A stretch of 32,000 nt of DNA. Source: Buchnera aphidicola (Therioaphis trifolii). Lineage in GTDB: Bacteria; Pseudomonadota; Gammaproteobacteria; Enterobacterales; Enterobacteriaceae. Below are positions 12,102 through 21,417 of this stretch, piece by piece. The notes beneath the pieces are model-generated. The model made no database searches, was not told the DNA's origin, and was given only the letters and a program-made list of their open reading frames with translations. Location: contig NZ_CP032996.1 of assembly GCF_005080705.1 (NCBI RefSeq), positions 360,001 through 392,000 of the forward strand, read 5' to 3'. The position numbers and the translations under genes are program-made. Position 1 is the first letter of the stretch. Each line of letters opens with the position of its first letter.

Positions 12102-12476
12102 TTATTTTTTTATCTTTTTTACACCATATTTTGATCGACTTTTTTTTCTATTTTTCACACCAGCACAATCTAAAGCACCTCGAATTACATGATATCTAAC
12201 TCCAGGTAAATCTTTAACACGACCTCCACGAATTAAAATTACTGAATGTTCTTGTAAATTATGTCCTTCTCCTCCAATATAAGCAGTAACTTCAAATCCA
12301 TTAGTTAATTTTACTCGACAAACTTTTCGTAATGCTGAATTAGGTTTTTTTGGTGTTGTAGTATATACTCTAGTACAAACACCTCTTTTTTGTGGACACC
12401 CTTCTAATGCAGGAACATTATTTTTAACAATTCTTTTAATACGAGGTTTACGAACTAATTGATTTATAGTAGTCAT
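12102..12476 (-). CDS. rpsL: 30S ribosomal protein S12
   Basis: [12 protein letters not shown]......[83 protein letters not shown] matches S12. Confidence 0.98.
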   Translation of the reverse strand: MTTINQLVRKPRIKRIVKNNVPALEGCPQKRGVCTRVYTTTPKKPNSALRKVCRVKLTNGFEVTAYIGGEGHNLQEHSVILIRGGRVKDLPGVRYHVIRGALDCAGVKNRKKSRSKYGVKKIKK

Positions 12477-12534
12477 AAAAGCCTTTTTTTTAAAAAATAA
12501 ATTTAAGATATTTTATAATATATAAATATATAAT

Positions 12535-12822
12535 TTACCAATTAATAAATTTATTATATTTTTCTGTTAAAGTAACAAATTCACAATAATTAATTAATTT
12601 AATTTTACTTGAAATATTATCAGAAATACCTCTAATAAGTACATCTTCTTGTAATACATATATATTTTTTGAATATTTAATAAGATCAGAAATAAAAAAA
12701 TTATTATTCAAAGCAATTAATACACCATCTTGTAATGCAATTAAACCATCTTGAGATGATAACATATTAAACATTACAGAAATATCTATTTTAAAAGGTG
12801 AATTTGATAATATATGTAACAT
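12535..12822 (-). CDS. tusB: tRNA 2-thiouridine sulfur-relay protein TusB (DsrH family)
   Basis: 95 aa. MLH.L..SP.......LL.......LLLQDGV..A... and the C-terminal ...DY..FV.LT.K.....W resemble E. coli TusB. It sits immediately upstream of rpsL, as in E. coli. Confidence 0.85.
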   Translation of the reverse strand: MLHILSNSPFKIDISVMFNMLSSQDGLIALQDGVLIALNNNFFISDLIKYSKNIYVLQEDVLIRGISDNISSKIKLINYCEFVTLTEKYNKFINW

Positions 12823-12840
12823 AATTTTTTTTTTAAATGT

Positions 12841-13200
12841 TTAAAAGTTAAAGATAATATCAAATTTATTAATTTGATATCTAATATTTAAAAAACTACA
12901 AATATTTACTTTTATAACAAAATCAACATGATTATGCAAACCACGTTTTAATAAAGAATCATAACATAAATAAAAATTATTTATATTATATAATTTTAAT
13001 AATTTAAAATAAGAATAAAATGAATGAGATACAATTAAATTTTTATTTTTATTATTTATAATATAAAAAACTCCATCATTAATAAAAAAAAAACTTATCT
13101 TTTTTAAATAACATGAAGCAGATAATGCAAATTTTAATCCATCTAATCCTATATAATTACCATAAGGAGTATTTGAAAATATAACAGCTATTTTTTTCAT
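12841..13200 (-). CDS. tusC: tRNA 2-thiouridine sulfur-relay protein TusC (DsrF family)
   Basis: 119 aa. MKKIA.IFS..P.G...G..GL...L........FFF..DGVF.L......FKLL.LY.I... resembles E. coli TusC. It lies between tusD and tusB. Confidence 0.85.
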   Translation of the reverse strand: MKKIAVIFSNTPYGNYIGLDGLKFALSASCYLKKISFFFINDGVFYIINNKNKNLIVSHSFYSYFKLLKLYNINNFYLCYDSLLKRGLHNHVDFVIKVNICSFLNIRYQINKFDIIFNF

Positions 13201-13206
13201 ATAAAA

Positions 13207-13599
13207 TTAAAATTGTAATAAACGATCTGATTTTAACATTGTTTTAATTAATTTTCCTAATCCAACTAATTGAAATCCAGAATGTAAATTACCATTTATA
13301 AATCCTAATTCTTTTGCAATCTCATCAGAAATAATACCTCTTTCTTGAGCTGAATTAGAACATATATTTAATGTAATTAAAAATTTTTTACTAAATTTAT
13401 ACCATTCATGAACTAAATTTATTCCATTGATTTTAGATGACATCATATTAGTTCCATTTAAAGCACCATGACTATAAAAAAAAATATTATTAATAAAATG
13501 ATTTTTTTTTTTCATTAATGCATTAGAAAATAAAAAAGCACTTTTTGAACCTTCTGAATGAAATAATGAACTTGTAATTAATATAGTATATATTAACAT
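13207..13599 (-). CDS. tusD: tRNA 2-thiouridine sulfur-relay protein TusD (DsrE family)
   Basis: 130 aa. It aligns with E. coli TusD, including the LNIC motif carrying the persulfide Cys (E. coli ALNICVAAALRRG, here TLNICSNSAQERG) and the C-terminal ...GLG.L......DR..QF. Confidence 0.87.
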   Translation of the reverse strand: MLIYTILITSSLFHSEGSKSAFLFSNALMKKKNHFINNIFFYSHGALNGTNMMSSKINGINLVHEWYKFSKKFLITLNICSNSAQERGIISDEIAKELGFINGNLHSGFQLVGLGKLIKTMLKSDRLLQF

Positions 13600-13792
13600 T
13601 ATATTTAAATTATATAATATAAATTTTTAAATTCATAAAACTCATCTTAACATATAATACTACAAAAGTAAAAATATTTAATAAAAAATTATTAAAATAT
13701 AATTATATTATATATTTATTTTTAATTAAATGATATATAAAAGATTATATTTTTTATAAAATAAATAAATTTTATATTAAAAAGAGAAAAAT

Positions 13793-14962
13793 ATGAAAAA
13801 TAAAAATACTATTGGTTTAACCATTATTAGTTTTTTATCATATTATTTAACGGGTGCTATGATTGTTGTTACAGGAATAGTTATAAGAAGTACTGCAAAA
13901 TATTTTCAATTATCTATTTCTGAAATGAGTAATACATTTACTTTTTTAAATGCTGGAATATTATTTTCCATTTTTTTAAATTCTTGGATCACAAAAATAA
14001 TTTCATTAAAAAAACAAATTATTTTAGGATTTATTTTAATTATTATTGCTATTATGGGATTTATAAAATCACATAGTTTAATTATTTTTTGTATAAATAT
14101 GTTTTTAATGGGAATGGTTGGTGGAATTACAATGTCCATAGGAACATTTTTAATAACGAATATTTATTATGGAAAAGAAAGAGTATCAAAATTATTAATT
14201 ACAGATTCTTTTTTTAGTATGTCTGGTATTATTTTTCCAATTATTGCATCATTTTTATTAAAAAATAAAATATTATGGTATTGGATTTATATAATAATTG
14301 GAATAATATATTTAATTATTTTTCTTATTACTTTAAATGTTGATTTTCCAAAAATTGAAACAAATACTAAAAATACAAAAATTAAAAATAAAAATACTAA
14401 TTATATTAGTATATTTTTATTATGTTGTTCAGCATTATTATATATTTTAGGACAATTAGGTTTTATTTCTTGGATACCTGAATATGCAAGACAAAATATA
14501 GGTATGAATATTCAATCTTCTAGTAATTTAGTTAGTATATTTTGGTTATCATATATGATTGGAATGTGGTTTTTTAGTTATATATTAAAATTTATTGATT
14601 TACAAATAGGATTAACTTTATTAAGTGGAATTTCTACATTTTTTATGTATATTTTCATTCAAAATCATAAAATCATTTTATTTAATATCATTATTATTTT
14701 ATTAGGTTTTTTTTCAAGTGCTATTTATACTATGATTATTACATTAACATCTCTACAAACAAAATATCCTTCTCAAAAATTTATTAATTTAATCTTAATA
14801 TTTGGTACTATTGGAACATTATTAACATTTATTATTACTGGTCCTATTGTTTATACAATTGGAATACGAGGAGCATTAATTATATCAAATATACTATATG
14901 GAATAGTATTTTTAATGTGTATATTGTTAGGTTTTACTAGTCAACATAAAAAATATTATTAA
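13793..14962 (+). CDS. tsgA: MFS-family membrane protein TsgA (substrate unknown)
   Basis: 389 aa. It is collinear with E. coli TsgA as I recall it: ...ISFLSY.LTGA...VTG......A.YF.L..S.MSNTFTFLNAGIL.SIFLN.W...ITMSIGTFL.T....G......LL.TDSFFSM.G.IFP.IA.FLL...YILGQLGFISW.PEYA...GFFSSAIYT.IITL...TGPIV. It has about 12 hydrophobic segments. Confidence 0.9.
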   Translation: MKNKNTIGLTIISFLSYYLTGAMIVVTGIVIRSTAKYFQLSISEMSNTFTFLNAGILFSIFLNSWITKIISLKKQIILGFILIIIAIMGFIKSHSLIIFCINMFLMGMVGGITMSIGTFLITNIYYGKERVSKLLITDSFFSMSGIIFPIIASFLLKNKILWYWIYIIIGIIYLIIFLITLNVDFPKIETNTKNTKIKNKNTNYISIFLLCCSALLYILGQLGFISWIPEYARQNIGMNIQSSSNLVSIFWLSYMIGMWFFSYILKFIDLQIGLTLLSGISTFFMYIFIQNHKIILFNIIIILLGFFSSAIYTMIITLTSLQTKYPSQKFINLILIFGTIGTLLTFIITGPIVYTIGIRGALIISNILYGIVFLMCILLGFTSQHKKYY

Positions 14963-14976
14963 AATATATTATATTA

Positions 14977-15972
14977 TTATAAATTTAAAATGTCATAAAT
15001 AACTTTTATATTTTTTTTTGCTTTTTTTCTTGCTTTATAAGCCCCAATATCTAAAATATTCTTTAAATATGATTTTTGACTTCTAAAATAATAAAATTTT
15101 TCTTGTAAATCATTTAATTTTTTTGATATAACATTTGCAAGTAAATATTTAAAATCTTTATATGTTGTATTAAAAAATTTTTTTTCTAATTCTAAAATAC
15201 TTTTACCTGTTAAACTAGAAAAAATATTTAACAGGTTTGAAATACCTGCTTTATTATTGATATCATAAAATATTTTACCATCTGAATCAGTGACTGATTT
15301 AGAAATTTTTTTTAATACTGTTTTTTGATCATCTAATAAAAATATAACACTGTTTTTATTACTATCAGATTTAGACATTTTATTATAAGGATTTAATAAA
15401 GACATAATTTTTGCACTATATTTATTTGGTATATAAATATCAGGAATTTTAAAAATATTACCATATAAAGAATTAAAACGATGAGCAATATTACGAGTTA
15501 ATTCAATATGTTGTTTTTGATCTTGACCAATTAATACTTTGTCACTTTGATATAATAAAATATCTGCAGACATTAATATTGGATAATTAAATAATCCAAT
15601 ATTAATATTTTGAGAATTAATTTTTGATTTTGATTTAAATTGTGTCATACGCATTAATTCACCAAAATAAGTATAACAATTTAATATCCAATTTAATTGA
15701 CAATGTTCATGTACTTCTGATTGCATAAATATAATACTTTTTTGAGGATCAACTCCAGATGCTAAATAAATTGCTAAAGTATCTAATTTATTTTTTTTAA
15801 ATAAATATAAATTTTGAGAAACAGTAATAGAATGTAAATCTGCAATACTATAAATACAATTATATTTATCTTGAATAGTAGACCAATGTGATATAGTACC
15901 AATAAAATTACCAAGAGTTAATTGACCTGAAGGTTGTATAGCACTAAAAATAATAGGTTTTAATAATACCAT
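14977..15972 (-). CDS. trpS: Tryptophan--tRNA ligase
   Basis: 331 aa. ...FS..QPSG.LT.GN..G....W...QD.Y.CIY.I.D.H.ITV...YTYFGEL.RMTQFK.KS...KMSKSD (KMSKS motif)...NKAG.SNLL.I.S..TG.SI.ELE..F is collinear with E. coli TrpRS. Confidence 0.97.
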   Translation of the reverse strand: MVLLKPIIFSAIQPSGQLTLGNFIGTISHWSTIQDKYNCIYSIADLHSITVSQNLYLFKKNKLDTLAIYLASGVDPQKSIIFMQSEVHEHCQLNWILNCYTYFGELMRMTQFKSKSKINSQNINIGLFNYPILMSADILLYQSDKVLIGQDQKQHIELTRNIAHRFNSLYGNIFKIPDIYIPNKYSAKIMSLLNPYNKMSKSDSNKNSVIFLLDDQKTVLKKISKSVTDSDGKIFYDINNKAGISNLLNIFSSLTGKSILELEKKFFNTTYKDFKYLLANVISKKLNDLQEKFYYFRSQKSYLKNILDIGAYKARKKAKKNIKVIYDILNL

Positions 15973-16019
15973 ATTATTATCCTTAAATTATAAATTATAA
16001 TATATAATATATTAATTTT

Positions 16020-16694
16020 TTAAATATTTAACATATTTAATTTATTTTTAATCATATCTATTTTTTTTTTATAATTTTTTGTTTCAAAAATAAATGAACC
16101 CATAACAAAAATATCTGCTCCAGCATGAGCTACATCTATAATATTATTAATATTAATACCGCCATCTACTTCTAACAATATTTTTGAATTATATTTATCA
16201 ATCATTTTTCTTAATTTAAATATTTTATTTAAAATAGATGAAATAAATTTTTGTCCAGAAAAACCTGGCATAACACTCATTAATAAAATAATATCTAACT
16301 GATCCATAAAATTATTTAAAATACTTAAAGGTACTTCAGGATTAATTGCTAATCCAGACTTACACCCATATCTACGAATTAAAGATAATGTTTTATTAAT
16401 ATCTTTACTAGAATCAGGATGAAAAGTAATAGAAGTAGCTCCCGATTGAGCAAATAAAGGTATTAAATTATCTACTGAATCTACCATTAAATGCACATCA
16501 ATAGGTGCAATAATATTATCTTGTCGTAATGATTTAAGAACCATAGGTCCAAAAGTTAAATTAGGAACATAATGATTATCCATAACATCAAAATGAATAA
16601 TATCACTTCCAGCTGAAAGAACATCTTTAATATCTTGACCTAATTTTGAAAAATTAGCAGATAAAATAGAAGGTGCAATAAAAAATTTTTTCAT
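16020..16694 (-). CDS. rpe: Ribulose-phosphate 3-epimerase
   Basis: 224 aa. ...IAPSILSA.F..LG.D...VL.AG.D..HFDVMDNHYVPNLT.GPMV.K.LR...IDVHLMV...PGF.GQ.FI...EVDGG........AGAD.FV.GS.IF matches Rpe. Confidence 0.97.
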   Translation of the reverse strand: MKKFFIAPSILSANFSKLGQDIKDVLSAGSDIIHFDVMDNHYVPNLTFGPMVLKSLRQDNIIAPIDVHLMVDSVDNLIPLFAQSGATSITFHPDSSKDINKTLSLIRRYGCKSGLAINPEVPLSILNNFMDQLDIILLMSVMPGFSGQKFISSILNKIFKLRKMIDKYNSKILLEVDGGININNIIDVAHAGADIFVMGSFIFETKNYKKKIDMIKNKLNMLNI

Positions 16695-16760
16695 TTTTTT
16701 ATCTCAATTTAAAACAAATAAATTACTTTAATTAATATATTTAATAAAATTTTAAAAATT

Positions 16761-17852
16761 TTATATAATACATTTTTTAATAACAGAAAAAATAATATCT
16801 TGATTAACATTTTTTAATATTTTTAATTTTCCAATTTTAATAGGAACAACTAATTGAATTTTTCCAGAATAACTTTTTTTATCACGAATCATATATTTTA
16901 AATAAGATTGAACATTCATATCTTTAGGTGCCACAGTAGGTAAACCAAAATTTTTAATTAAATTAATCATTCGAGTTGCATCAAAAGAACTTAATATCCC
17001 TAATATTTCTGATGTCTTAATAGCCATAACAATTCCTATAGAAATAGCTTCACCATGCAACCATTTTAAATATTTAAAATGTGCTTCAATAGCATGACCA
17101 TATGTATGTCCAAGATTTAAAAAAACTCGAAATCCATATTCACGTTCATCTAAATTAACAATTTTAGATTTTAATTCACAACATTTTTGAATACAATATA
17201 TTAAAACTTCAGTATTTAATGATAATATTTGTTTTATATTATTTTCTAACCATTGAAAAAAAACATAATCAAATGAAATAGCATATTTAATTACTTCTGC
17301 AATTCCAGATATTAATTGTTTATATGGTAATGTAGATAAAAAATTAATATCTGTAATTACAGCATTGGGTTGCCAAAAAGTACCAATCATATTTTTTCCA
17401 AGTATATGATTTACTCCTGTTTTTCCTCCTATTGCAGCATCTACTTGAGATAATAATGTTGTAGGAATTTGAATAAATCGTATTCCTCTTTGATAAATTG
17501 AAGCAACAAATCCAGTTAAATCACCAATTACTCCCCCTCCAAATGCAATTAATATTGAATTTCGATCATGTAATTTTTCTAATAAATATGTTAATAATAA
17601 ATTTACTGAATTTAACGTTTTATAATTTTCACCATCAGATAAAATAAATTCTTCTAAAATAATTTTATTTTTTAAAAAATATTTTACGATTTTTTCTTTC
17701 CATATTTTTGATATTGTAATATTTGTTACTAAAACACATCTATCACCAGATTTTAATGGACTAAATATATTTTCTAAATTAAAAATTTTAAAACCAATAT
17801 TAATATAATAAGAATTATTTTTTGTTTTAACTGGAATTATTTTTAATTTCAT
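16761..17852 (-). CDS. aroB: 3-dehydroquinate synthase
   Basis: 363 aa. ...GGGV.GDL.GF.A..YQRG.RFIQ.PTTLLSQVD...GGKTG.NH..GKNMIG.F.QP..V..D...L.TLP......G.AEV.KY...LNLGHT.GHAIE....Y..WLHGEA...G matches AroB motifs. Confidence 0.96.
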   Translation of the reverse strand: MKLKIIPVKTKNNSYYINIGFKIFNLENIFSPLKSGDRCVLVTNITISKIWKEKIVKYFLKNKIILEEFILSDGENYKTLNSVNLLLTYLLEKLHDRNSILIAFGGGVIGDLTGFVASIYQRGIRFIQIPTTLLSQVDAAIGGKTGVNHILGKNMIGTFWQPNAVITDINFLSTLPYKQLISGIAEVIKYAISFDYVFFQWLENNIKQILSLNTEVLIYCIQKCCELKSKIVNLDEREYGFRVFLNLGHTYGHAIEAHFKYLKWLHGEAISIGIVMAIKTSEILGILSSFDATRMINLIKNFGLPTVAPKDMNVQSYLKYMIRDKKSYSGKIQLVVPIKIGKLKILKNVNQDIIFSVIKKCII

Positions 17853-17883
17853 AAAATATTCTCTTATTGATAATAAATATAGA

Positions 17884-18405
17884 TTATATTTTTTTTAAAT
17901 AATTTTTTATATAATTAATAACTGATTTAATAGTTTTATTATCAACATTAATTGTTATATCAGATATTTCTTCATATAAAGGATTACGTATTTTTGCTAA
18001 TCTTTTTAAAACAATATCTGATGATTCAGATGTATTTAATAAAGGTCTATGTTTATATCGATTAGTTCGTAATAATTGTTTTTTAATTGTTACTTGTAAA
18101 TATATTGTAATACCTCTAGAAGATAAAATATTTCTATTTTTTTTAGAAAGAATTGACCCACCTCCTGTTGCTAATATAATATTACTTTTTTTAGTTAATT
18201 CATTAATAATTTTTTCTTCACGAAATCTAAAACCAGATTCACCTTCTATATCAAAAACCCAACTAATATCTACACCAGTACGTTTTTCTATTTCACGATC
18301 TGAATCATAAAATGCCATATTTAATTCTCTAGATAATTGCAGACCAATAGTACTTTTACCAGCTCCCATAGGACCTATTAAAAAGATATTCTGTTTTTTA
18401 ACCAT
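17884..18405 (-). CDS. aroK: Shikimate kinase I
   Basis: 173 aa. [19 protein letters not shown]...[44 protein letters not shown]...RN.L..RG...YL......QL.RT....RPLL is collinear with E. coli AroK. Confidence 0.97.
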   Translation of the reverse strand: MVKKQNIFLIGPMGAGKSTIGLQLSRELNMAFYDSDREIEKRTGVDISWVFDIEGESGFRFREEKIINELTKKSNIILATGGGSILSKKNRNILSSRGITIYLQVTIKKQLLRTNRYKHRPLLNTSESSDIVLKRLAKIRNPLYEEISDITINVDNKTIKSVINYIKNYLKKI

Positions 18406-18591
18406 ATTTTTAATATTAGTGATTTTTCTTTCATAATACCTAATAAATTTTATAATCTATTAGAAGGAATAAATATTTTTTTATTATTAAATATATTCAT
18501 TATAATACTATAAATCTTTAAAATAATAAATAATATAATAAAATTACTTGATTATATTCATATAATATATATTATTATAATATAAAAGTAT

Positions 18592-18680
18592 GGTGAGGTG
18601 TCCGAGAGGATTAAGGAGCACGCCTGGAAAGCGTGTATATGTTATAAAACGTATCAAGGGTTCGAATCCCTTTCTCACCA
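18592..18680 (+). tRNA. tRNA-Ser (anticodon GGA)
   Basis: GGTGAGGTGTCCGAGAGGATTAAGGAGCACGCCTGGAAAGCGTG..(long variable arm GTATATG..ACGTATC)..AAGGGTTCGAATCCCTTTCTCACCA. The acceptor stem is GGTGAGG/TCTCACC. The anticodon loop is CTGGAAA. It is very similar to E. coli serW/serX as I recall them. It forms a G/C-rich island in an AT-rich spacer. No CCA is encoded. Confidence 0.92.
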
Positions 18681-18710
18681 ATGAAATAATTATTATTAAA
18701 TTATAAATTA

Positions 18711-19418
18711 TTATTTTATAATAGTATTTAAAGCTAATGTAATTACGTTATCAAATGTATGTTCTCTTTCTTTAATAGAAAGTTTTTTATTAAATAAAAT
18801 ATGATCTGAAACAGAACATATTGATACAGCTTGTATATTATATTCAGCAGCAATACTATATATTCCAGCTGTCTCCATATCAATTCCTAATATTTTATAT
18901 TTTTTTAATAAATCATAAAATGAATTATCAAAATTATAAAATTTATCTGTTGTAAAAAAATTTCCAACACGAATATTAATATTCATATTTTTTGCAATAT
19001 GAATTACTTGACATAAAATATCAAAATCTGAAATTGCCGAAAAATCATAATTTTTAAATCGAATACGATTAAAACTAGAATCAGTACATGCTCCCATGGC
19101 AACAATAATATCTTTTAAATTAATTTTTTCTTGTACAGTACCACATGTTCCTACTCGAATAATTTTTTTAACATTATAAAATTTAATTAATTCTTCAACA
19201 TAAATAGCTGCAGATGGAATACCCATTCCATGACTCATAATTGAAATTAAAACATCTTTATAATAACCAGTATAACCTAACATAAAACGAACACTATTTA
19301 TTTTAATACAATTTTCTAAAAAATTCTTTGCAATATATTTAACACGAAGAGGATCACCAGACATAATTACAAGTTCAGAAAAATCATTTTTTTTAGAATT
19401 AATATGAGGAGTAACCAT
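18711..19418 (-). CDS. deoD: Purine nucleoside phosphorylase DeoD type
   Basis: 235 aa. M.TPHIN......F...V.M.GDPLR.KYIA..FLE......NVR.MLG.TG.YK...IS.M.HGMGIPS..IY..EL......KKIIRVG.CG......L.D....MGACTDS..NRIRFK..DF.AI.DF matches E. coli DeoD. Confidence 0.97.
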   Translation of the reverse strand: MVTPHINSKKNDFSELVIMSGDPLRVKYIAKNFLENCIKINSVRFMLGYTGYYKDVLISIMSHGMGIPSAAIYVEELIKFYNVKKIIRVGTCGTVQEKINLKDIIVAMGACTDSSFNRIRFKNYDFSAISDFDILCQVIHIAKNMNINIRVGNFFTTDKFYNFDNSFYDLLKKYKILGIDMETAGIYSIAAEYNIQAVSICSVSDHILFNKKLSIKEREHTFDNVITLALNTIIK

Positions 19419-19450
19419 AATTTATATTACCTAAAAATAAATATTATTTG

Positions 19451-20674
19451 TTAAAATATACTAATTCCATATTTCATAGGTGATAATGAAAAATATTTGG
19501 AAATAGTTTGTCCAATATCAGAAAATGTATTTCTATGTCCTAAATAATTATTTTTAATAAATTTACTATACAATAATATTGGAATAAATTCTCTCGTATG
19601 ATCTGTTCCTGACCACGTTGGATCACAACCATGATCTGCAGTAATAATTAATATATCTTCATCATATAAAGAATGTAAAATTTTTGGTAATTGCATATCA
19701 AAAAATTCTAAACCTTGAGCATATCCAGAAACATCTCTTCTATGACCCCAAATAGAATCAAAATCAACAAAATTAACAAATACAATTGTATTATTAGTAG
19801 CTATTTTTATTTGTTCAATAGTTTTTTTTATAAGACAATCTAGCCCTGTTGCATGAATTTTTTTAGTAATTCCAATATTTGCAAAAATATCTGCTATTTT
19901 TCCTAAAGCAATAACATTTCCATTTTTTTCTATTATTAATTTCTTAAGAATAGTATTTTTATGAGGAGGTTTTGAAAAATCTCTTCGATTACCTGTACGA
20001 ACAAATTGATATTTTTTTTCACCAATAAATGGACGAGCAATCACTCTAGTAATATTATAATTATATTTATCAAGTAATATTCTAATAAATTTACATAATT
20101 TATATAATTTATTTAAACCAAAATATTTTTCATGACAGGCAACTTGAAAAACAGAATCAGAAGATGTATAAAAAATTGGTTTATTTGTTTTAATATGTTC
20201 TTCTCCAAAATCATTTAAAATATTAATACCAGAAGCATGACAATTTCCCAAAATTCCAGATAAATTAAATTTTGAAATTATACTTTTTAATATTACATTA
20301 GGAAAACTATTTGTATTTTTTTTAAAATAATCCCATTCAAATAATACTGGTACACCAGCAATTTCCCAATGCCCGGAAGAGGTATCTTTAGCAGTAGAAA
20401 GTTCACTAGAAAAACCATAACTACTAATAATATATTTAGATTGTATTATCCCAGATGGTAAACATTTATGAATTTTATAATAAATTTTTGCTAATCCCAA
20501 AGATATTAAATTAGGAATATTTAAATTACCAAATCTATTATTATTAGCTTTTCTAAAATTACAATAATCAGCAATATGTCCAAAAGTATTTGAACCAAAA
20601 TCATTAAATTGTTCAGAATCTTCACTATATCCTATTCCAAATGAATCTAATACTAAAATAAATACTCTTTTCAT
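19451..20674 (-). CDS. deoB: Phosphopentomutase
   Basis: The ORF track starts at a TTG at 20698. E. coli DeoB begins MKRAFIMVLDSFGIG, which aligns with MKRVFILVLDSFGIG from the ATG at 20674. Other matches: ...SGHWEIAGVPVLFEW.YF....NSFP...KPIFYTS.DSVFQ.ACHE..FGL.KLY..C...DHGCDPTW.GTDHTRE.IP.L.Y. Confidence 0.95.
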   Translation of the reverse strand: MKRVFILVLDSFGIGYSEDSEQFNDFGSNTFGHIADYCNFRKANNNRFGNLNIPNLISLGLAKIYYKIHKCLPSGIIQSKYIISSYGFSSELSTAKDTSSGHWEIAGVPVLFEWDYFKKNTNSFPNVILKSIISKFNLSGILGNCHASGINILNDFGEEHIKTNKPIFYTSSDSVFQVACHEKYFGLNKLYKLCKFIRILLDKYNYNITRVIARPFIGEKKYQFVRTGNRRDFSKPPHKNTILKKLIIEKNGNVIALGKIADIFANIGITKKIHATGLDCLIKKTIEQIKIATNNTIVFVNFVDFDSIWGHRRDVSGYAQGLEFFDMQLPKILHSLYDEDILIITADHGCDPTWSGTDHTREFIPILLYSKFIKNNYLGHRNTFSDIGQTISKYFSLSPMKYGISIF

Positions 20675-20721
20675 ATTTAATAACCTAATATATTTCAAAA
20701 AAAATAATAAAAATACTTACA

Positions 20722-21318
20722 TTATAAAAAAGAATGTGAACCTCTATGATGTTCAGTAATATCTTTTACACCTTTTATTTCTGAAAAATTATTTATAATT
20801 TTTTCTTCAATATTTTTTTTTAAAGTAATATTTGACATTGAACATCCATTACACCCACCTAAAAATTTTATCATAGCAAATCCTGTTATTGTAATATTTA
20901 TTAAAATAATTTTACCTCCATGCATATTTAACATAGGATTAATATTATAATCTATAAAATTTTGTACTTTATAAAATAACATATTATTTTCAATATTATT
21001 GTTATGAATATTATTACTATAAATATTATTTTTAACATTTGGTGCTAATAACATTAACTTTTTATTCAAATTATCACCAAATAAATCAATTTTTGAATCA
21101 TTTAAATAAGGAAATATATTTTTTTTTATATAAATTTTAAAACCATCATATTTTAATTCAATATCTTCATTACATTTATTTTTATTTATTTCATAAGAAA
21201 TTTTACATTCAGAATATTCTGTTCCAGGAAATTTAATAGATATTCTTAAATTAGTATTGTTTTTTTTTGAAAGTATTTTTTTTAAATATTTTTCAGCTTT
21301 TTTAGTAATATTTATCAT
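20722..21318 (-). CDS. nfuA: Fe/S biogenesis protein NfuA
   Basis: 198 aa. The C-terminal Nfu domain ...INP.L..HGG...L..IT..G.A...F.GGCNGCSM...TLK..IE..L...F.E.KGV.D.TEH.RG.HS matches E. coli NfuA, including the CxxC motif. An Asn-rich linker is inserted between the domains. Confidence 0.93.
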   Translation of the reverse strand: MINITKKAEKYLKKILSKKNNTNLRISIKFPGTEYSECKISYEINKNKCNEDIELKYDGFKIYIKKNIFPYLNDSKIDLFGDNLNKKLMLLAPNVKNNIYSNNIHNNNIENNMLFYKVQNFIDYNINPMLNMHGGKIILINITITGFAMIKFLGGCNGCSMSNITLKKNIEEKIINNFSEIKGVKDITEHHRGSHSFL

Positions 21319-21417
21319 AATAATCTTTTTAACATTTTAATATTAAATAAATAAAAAATATATTTATGTGACATTAAAAAATTTTTGATTAATAAAAAAT
21401 ATAAAAATAAAATCATT

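Noticed and set aside
18548-18581. Promoter for tRNA-Ser: TTGATT at 18548-18553 paired with TATTAT (18570-18575) or TATAAT (18576-18581).
   Set aside because: The spacing to the consensus TATAAT is 22 nt, which is too long. The 16-nt alternative has a weak -10. This is not distinguishable from background A/T sequence.
20675-20698. N-terminal extensions in the ORF track: deoB from TTG at 20698, rplF from TTG at 780, hemW from TTG at 24634, sbcB to 29414.
   Set aside because: Alignment with the E. coli N-termini places the starts at internal ATG codons (GTG for sbcB). The rplF extension would also swallow its own SD motif, and the sbcB extension overlaps a tRNA gene.
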